From: an uncultured delta proteobacterium
Lineage (GTDB): Bacteria > Desulfobacterota > WTBG01 > CAIYCZ01
Direction: 5' to 3'
DNA: 34,646 nucleotides
Assembly: GCA_963803975.1 (NCBI GenBank)
Contig: CAWDOY010000007.1
Coordinates: forward strand, 1-34,646
Shown here: positions 30,726 through 34,646 of the stretch, piece by piece
Position numbering within the stretch: the first letter of the stretch is position 1
Layout of the letters: each line of letters begins with the position of its first letter
The notes under the pieces: model-generated
What the model saw: only the letters and a program-made list of their open reading frames with translations
What the model was told of the DNA's origin: nothing
Databases searched by the model: none
Position numbers and translations under genes: made by a program

Positions 30726-31368
30726 TTATGAGTCAAAATCAGCCTTGATTTCTTCCACCCTCGTTTGTGCTTCGGCAGCAAGCTGATGCCAGGGTCTTTT
30801 TTTCGACTGCAAAATGAACATGGCCTTTGAATTGGCTGAACTGGTTCAATGTGCGGGCTACTTCATCGCGAGCTTTCATTTTTTTACCATCTAAATACCC
30901 TTTGAGAAAGCGCTTTACAGCATTTCCTTTTCCCTCTGTGTATGGAGCATATTTTTGGATGTCAATATTTGCGACTGTTACCAGGACAATCTTCTGGTCC
31001 TTGAAGTGATTGTTTAAGAGTAACGAATGAATCGGCGTGGCCAAATTCCATGACCAGATCGGGGAAGCGATAATGATGTTCTTATACCCTGAAAGGTTAA
31101 TCACATCAGGAGTGATTTCACCGTGCTGGTCAAAAAAAGCTGCAATACCAGCAGTGATAAACCCCCATGTTCCCGCCCGGTCAGTGCCGACTTCCTTAAT
31201 CTCTATGATGTCTGCACCCATCCCTTTTGCAATTGTTTCAGAGATAAGTTTCGTATAACCCGTTCGGGAGTAATAAAGAATAAGCGTGTCGCTTGCTGCA
31301 GATGCAGCTACCGGAATCACCAATGTGATGCACAATACTAGCAGAATGCTATAATTGAAACGTTTCAT
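30726..31368 (-). CDS. Exported flavodoxin-like protein 2 (probable frameshift near 30790)
   Basis: GGAGG RBS, signal peptide ending ASA, YYSRTGYT, YKNIIIASPIW. The alternative-frame C-terminus is EEIKADFDS* (30726). Confidence 0.8.
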
Positions 31369-31487
31369 GTTTGTGCCCTCCATCATTGATTTATATTATT
31401 TATCACCTCAATTAGATTTTCCGAGTATTCGGCTTGCGGTGTTAAGAACAGTCAATAACATTGTCTTTTCAACCTTGTTTAAATTTA

Positions 31488-31541
31488 ATCATGTAATAAA
31501 TCTTTTAAGGAAATTTGAAGAAGATGTAAATAAAGTGTAAA
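31488..31541 (-). promoter_or_regulatory. Four-box 11-bp-period promoter, copy 3
   Basis: Minus strand TTTACA-N5-TTTACA-N5-TTCAAA-N5-TTAAAA-N9-CATGAT. Confidence 0.72.
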
Positions 31542-31741
31542 CGTTTTATTGTCTTAAAAAAGGATTTTGCTGATGGATTAAAGGGTTAGTGACCTGCTGA
31601 TCCTGCAGTTCAACTCCGAAGCAAAATACTATAATTTTCAACTCTTCCTGGAGTCCACTGGTTTAAGATAAACTCACATTGAAATTTATACGCGTCTAAA
31701 TGAATTTGTTTAACCCAAAACTCCCTCAGTCCCCTCTGAAA

Positions 31742-31795
31742 TTTACACTTATTTTACATTCAACTCAAAATTCCTTCACATTTCTCCTGCATAAT
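31742..31795 (+). promoter_or_regulatory. Four-box 11-bp-period promoter, copy 4
   Basis: TTTACA-N5-TTTACA-N5-CTCAAA-N5-TTCACA-N9-CATAAT. Confidence 0.78.
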
Positions 31796-31885
31796 AGAAT
31801 ATAAAAGACATAAATGCAGAGTTCGCAGAGCAATTCTCCGTGGTCTGCTTTTTATCAAAAACCATAATAAGAAGGAAGAAATGTT

Positions 31886-32059
31886 ATGAAAAAGTTTTAT
31901 GCTCTGGCAGTAGTTATGATTTTGCTAACACTGATGGCAGAACGAGTATCTATTGATGATCGTTACTGTTCTCTGTGTTTATCGCGGGGATATGAGCTGC
32001 TGGTTACTTCACCAGAGTACTTCAGCAGTATTCCATCAATCGTACCTGGTCTGTTTTAA
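31886..32059 (+). CDS. 57-aa small protein, family member C (absent from ORF track)
   Basis: AAGGA RBS; MKKFYALAVVMILLTLMAERVSIDDRYCSLCLSRGYELLVTSPEYFSSIPSIVPGLF. Confidence 0.82.
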   Translation: MKKFYALAVVMILLTLMAERVSIDDRYCSLCLSRGYELLVTSPEYFSSIPSIVPGLF

Positions 32060-32079
32060 ATACAGAAAGGAAGTGGCAT

Positions 32080-32697
32080 ATGCAAAAAGAGAGTTTGGAA
32101 CTGCATGTGATGTGGCATCTGGATGCGTTGCTGCATATCTTTCCCATAACCATTGTAACCACGGTGGATACTTACGGAAGGATTAATGCAGCGCCATATT
32201 CGCTGGTGATGCCCTTTTGTTCTTCGCCGAAAAATCCGCAGATGCTTTTGATTAGCAACAAGAACTGGCACACGGCAAAAAATATTGAAGCAACGAAAGA
32301 ATTTGTGTTGAACTATCCACGGGCAGAGCAGCTAAAGGATATAATCGAGACCGCACAATTTTATCCAGCCGGTATTAATAAGCTGGAATATACAACATGT
32401 ACCACCATGCGGGCACGATTTGTAAAACCACCCCTTATTGTTGAATGCTACCAGCACGTTGAATGCCGGGTGCGTGACATTATGAGGCCGTCACAGCAAC
32501 AGGTAAACATTATTGCAGATGTTCTTGACATTTCAGTCGATGCAGGGATTAACTCGCTTACGCGGTTTGAGCGTGCACGAATGGCCAATGCGCCCATGTA
32601 TCTGGGGGTGGATGAAGAACGGGGACATATATTTGGAACAATGGGTGAAATAGTATCGGAACCTCTTGAATATAAATTGGAACTTGATGCTGGATGA
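32080..32697 (+). CDS. Flavin reductase-like FMN split-barrel protein (paralog 2)
   Basis: Near-colinear paralog of 20348..20992 (GRINAAPYSLV.PFCSS.KNPQMLLISNKNWHTAKNIEAT). Confidence 0.9.
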   Translation: MQKESLELHVMWHLDALLHIFPITIVTTVDTYGRINAAPYSLVMPFCSSPKNPQMLLISNKNWHTAKNIEATKEFVLNYPRAEQLKDIIETAQFYPAGINKLEYTTCTTMRARFVKPPLIVECYQHVECRVRDIMRPSQQQVNIIADVLDISVDAGINSLTRFERARMANAPMYLGVDEERGHIFGTMGEIVSEPLEYKLELDAG

Positions 32698-32753
32698 TGC
32701 CGCTGATTTCAGTCTTACCGAATTGGAGGCTCTGTCCGATTTTATCGAAAATA

Positions 32754-33416
32754 ATCGAGTAGGAGGCAGGTGATTAGTTCACCTGCCGTCCTCTCACACC
32801 ACCGTACGTACCGTTCGGTATACGGCGGTTCGTAAAGAACTAAGCCTACTATAAACAACAGCAAGACCCGTCTTCTCCTCCTGCTGACGCTGAAGCAATA
32901 CTCGGCTCTCCTGCGTTACCTCGGGGTTCCACTCCTACTTCACGCAGGTAGTCCCAACTTTTGTCGGGTTGGCTGCTTTCGTTGCATTGCTCACAAGTCC
33001 TGCAACAGTTAAAGACCTCTCTACGTTCAGCCCTTCTCCCGACTTTGCTCGGGATACTATGGCCTCTGCTGACTTCTGACCGTTCAATCGTGCATTGCTG
33101 CAGCGGGTTGTTGCTTCTGAATGTATCATCCCCATCATACCGGTCAGATCTCCCCGGGTAAGATCGATAACTTTCATCCCATCTACCTGCTGCATTTACT
33201 TCATAAGCTTCGGGCAGTATTGGACTTTGTTTTGTTTGGCAAACTCGTCCGGCTTATGCAGCCTTACATGCAGTTTCTGTTCGTCAGGCCGGGACTTTGC
33301 CTCCGGCTTCTTTCAGATTCGAGTCACCCACGACACCCTTGCCTTTGGCTAATGATTCCTGCTGCCAAGTTCATAGCGGACTTTCACCGCCAAGTTATCG
33401 CCCATGCCGGGCACAC
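32754..33416 (-). mobile_element. ORF-less group II intron, class C (IIC)
   Basis: Minus-strand 5' end GTGTGCCCGGCATGGG; short domain V GAACCGCCGTATACCGAACGGTACGTACGGTGGTGTGAGAGG; domain VI ending CCTCCTACTCGAT. 663 nt with no RT ORF. Confidence 0.93.
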
Positions 33417-33419
33417 GCA

Positions 33420-33451
33420 GAAGACCACGGGCGTGAGCCCGTGGGTATCAA
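33420..33451 (+). repeat. GC-rich hairpin at the intron target site, resembling an IS200/IS605 right end
   Basis: GAAG-A-CCACGGGC-GTGA-GCCCGTGG-GTA-TCAA. Confidence 0.5.
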
Positions 33452-33803
33452 CTTTGACTGCCAATAACGATTGGCAGATCAAGCCTATAATAAATTTTGA
33501 ACAGCGGACTTCTGCGGGGGATGGCACGAAGTCTACACTTTTACTGCACCTTTCTTTGATAAAACATCTTGACAAAATCTTCCACTTTTTTCATATAAAT
33601 CCATGCCACAACATGTTGAAAGTCCTTGAAAAGGAAAAATCATATCGTGTAATTTTAAAATAGTTTACAGCAATAAATTGATAAAAGTATTACTGGGGAT
33701 AGATTACATCTGGAGGCTACAACAGATAGGCAAACTGCTATTTGACGTAAAGTTCAGGTAGCGTTTTAGAGATAGAAGCAATTACGTAAAAGGTCTCTTG
33801 CTT

Positions 33804-33962
33804 ATGATCCGGCGCAAGAAATTTATTTTTTTCCCGAAACACAAATACCTACAATATGCGGCCTATGTCGCAGCAATAGTGCTCTTGATCGCGCTGGTGG
33901 TATACGGCGTGATGGAGCAGTCAAACTTTGCCGATGCCCTGGTGGAGTCATTTGTTGAGTAA
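33804..33962 (+). CDS. 52-aa single-pass membrane protein (absent from ORF track)
   Basis: MIRRKKFIFFPKHKYLQYAAYVAAIVLLIALVVYGVMEQSNFADALVESFVE: basic N-terminus, one TM segment, GC-rich third codon positions; no clear RBS. Confidence 0.55.
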   Translation: MIRRKKFIFFPKHKYLQYAAYVAAIVLLIALVVYGVMEQSNFADALVESFVE

Positions 33963-33995
33963 GCCTGCAGGACAGCAGGGCAGTGTCTGCCCGCT

Positions 33996-34646
33996 TCAGC
34001 CCAGGAGGGGTAGCGTGACGATAACAGTTGTCCCCCTGCCAGCTTCACTCTCCGCCCGGATATGCCCTCCATGGGCCTCCACAAAACGCTTGGCAATCGC
34101 AAGACCGAGGCCGGTACCGCCGGTTGTGCGCGACCGTGATTTATCCACCCGGTAGAAACGGTCAAAAATATGGAGAAGGTCTTCCGCCGGAATCCCCGCT
34201 CCCGTATCCCGCACCCAAATAGTAATTCCCGCGTTGTGCGTTTTTGCTCCCACCTCTATGGTTCCCCCTGCCGGCGTGTAGCGGATGGCATTGGCGAGCA
34301 GGTTGGAAATAACCTGGCCGATGCGTTTCTCGTCTACTGCAATTGCCGGCAGGCCGGGGGCAATGTCCTGTCTGAGCGTGACAGCCTTTTCTTCCATCTG
34401 GAGAAGAAAGCGCGCGGTTTCACGGGACAGCACCTCGCCGATTGAAACACGGGCGCGCTCCATGACGAGCTGGTTATTTTCAAGGCGCGAAAGCATCAAA
34501 AGATCATCAATCAGGCGGTCGATGTGAGTCACTTCCTCGCATATCGCCTGCAGATGCAGGGCCTGCTCCTCCTTTTTTATCTCCCGGTCGATGAGGATCT
34601 CCGCATCGGTCTGAATGCGGGCAAGCGGAGAGCGGATTTCATGGGA
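33996..34646 (-). CDS. Sensor histidine kinase (HisKA + HATPase_c), 5' part outside window
   Basis: H-box SHEIRSPL at the window edge, NLLANAIRYT, VRDTGAGI, IFDRFYRVDKSRSR, GGTGLGLAI: a BaeS/PhoR-type kinase usually paired with OmpR-family regulators. Confidence 0.95.
   Translation of the reverse strand, partial: SHEIRSPLARIQTDAEILIDREIKKEEQALHLQAICEEVTHIDRLIDDLLMLSRLENNQLVMERARVSIGEVLSRETARFLLQMEEKAVTLRQDIAPGLPAIAVDEKRIGQVISNLLANAIRYTPAGGTIEVGAKTHNAGITIWVRDTGAGIPAEDLLHIFDRFYRVDKSRSRTTGGTGLGLAIAKRFVEAHGGHIRAESEAGRGTTVIVTLPLLG

Noticed and set aside
31953..32186. 77-aa ORF from the track
   Set aside because: Wrong frame; it overlaps the conserved peptide 31886..32059 and the flavoprotein start.
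32935..33663. ORFs 32935..33195, 32961..33161, 33095..33352 and 33121..33663
   Set aside because: They overlap the group II intron RNA domains and contain no RT (YADD) motif.
1..34646. CRISPR array, tRNA or rRNA genes
   Set aside because: No regularly spaced repeat-spacer array or tRNA/rRNA signature seen; the repeated motifs are dispersed promoters and palindromes.

Overview
Bacterial chromosomal window, probably from an anaerobic Desulfobacterota/deltaproteobacterium-like organism (inferred from gene content). Scattered frameshifts, densest in the first 4 kb, look like assembly indels. The left half (~1-18.6 kb) is GC-rich core-like DNA: trxC, dusB, HU, a U32 protein, an APC permease divergent from a KamA + two ATP-grasp ligase + permease operon, DUF169/FrhB-like pair, DUF456, flavin reductase, AttH-like lipoprotein, cereblon-like protein, glgB and csp. 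The right half (~19.5-33.8 kb) is a more AT-rich, rearranged accessory region: htpX, YqaA/DedA, two exported flavodoxin-like proteins, TerB-like protein, P-type ATPase, CDF transporter and an ORF-less group IIC intron. A partial sensor histidine kinase ends the window. The most notable signal is a candidate undescribed regulon. Four promoters share one architecture (four hexamers at 11-bp period, TTTACA-N5-TTTACA-N5-TTCAAA-N5-TTCACA, then 9 bp, then a -10). They precede three paralogs of a small signal-peptide-like protein family (two missing from the ORF track), two paralogous FMN split-barrel proteins, a lipoprotein and an exported flavodoxin.
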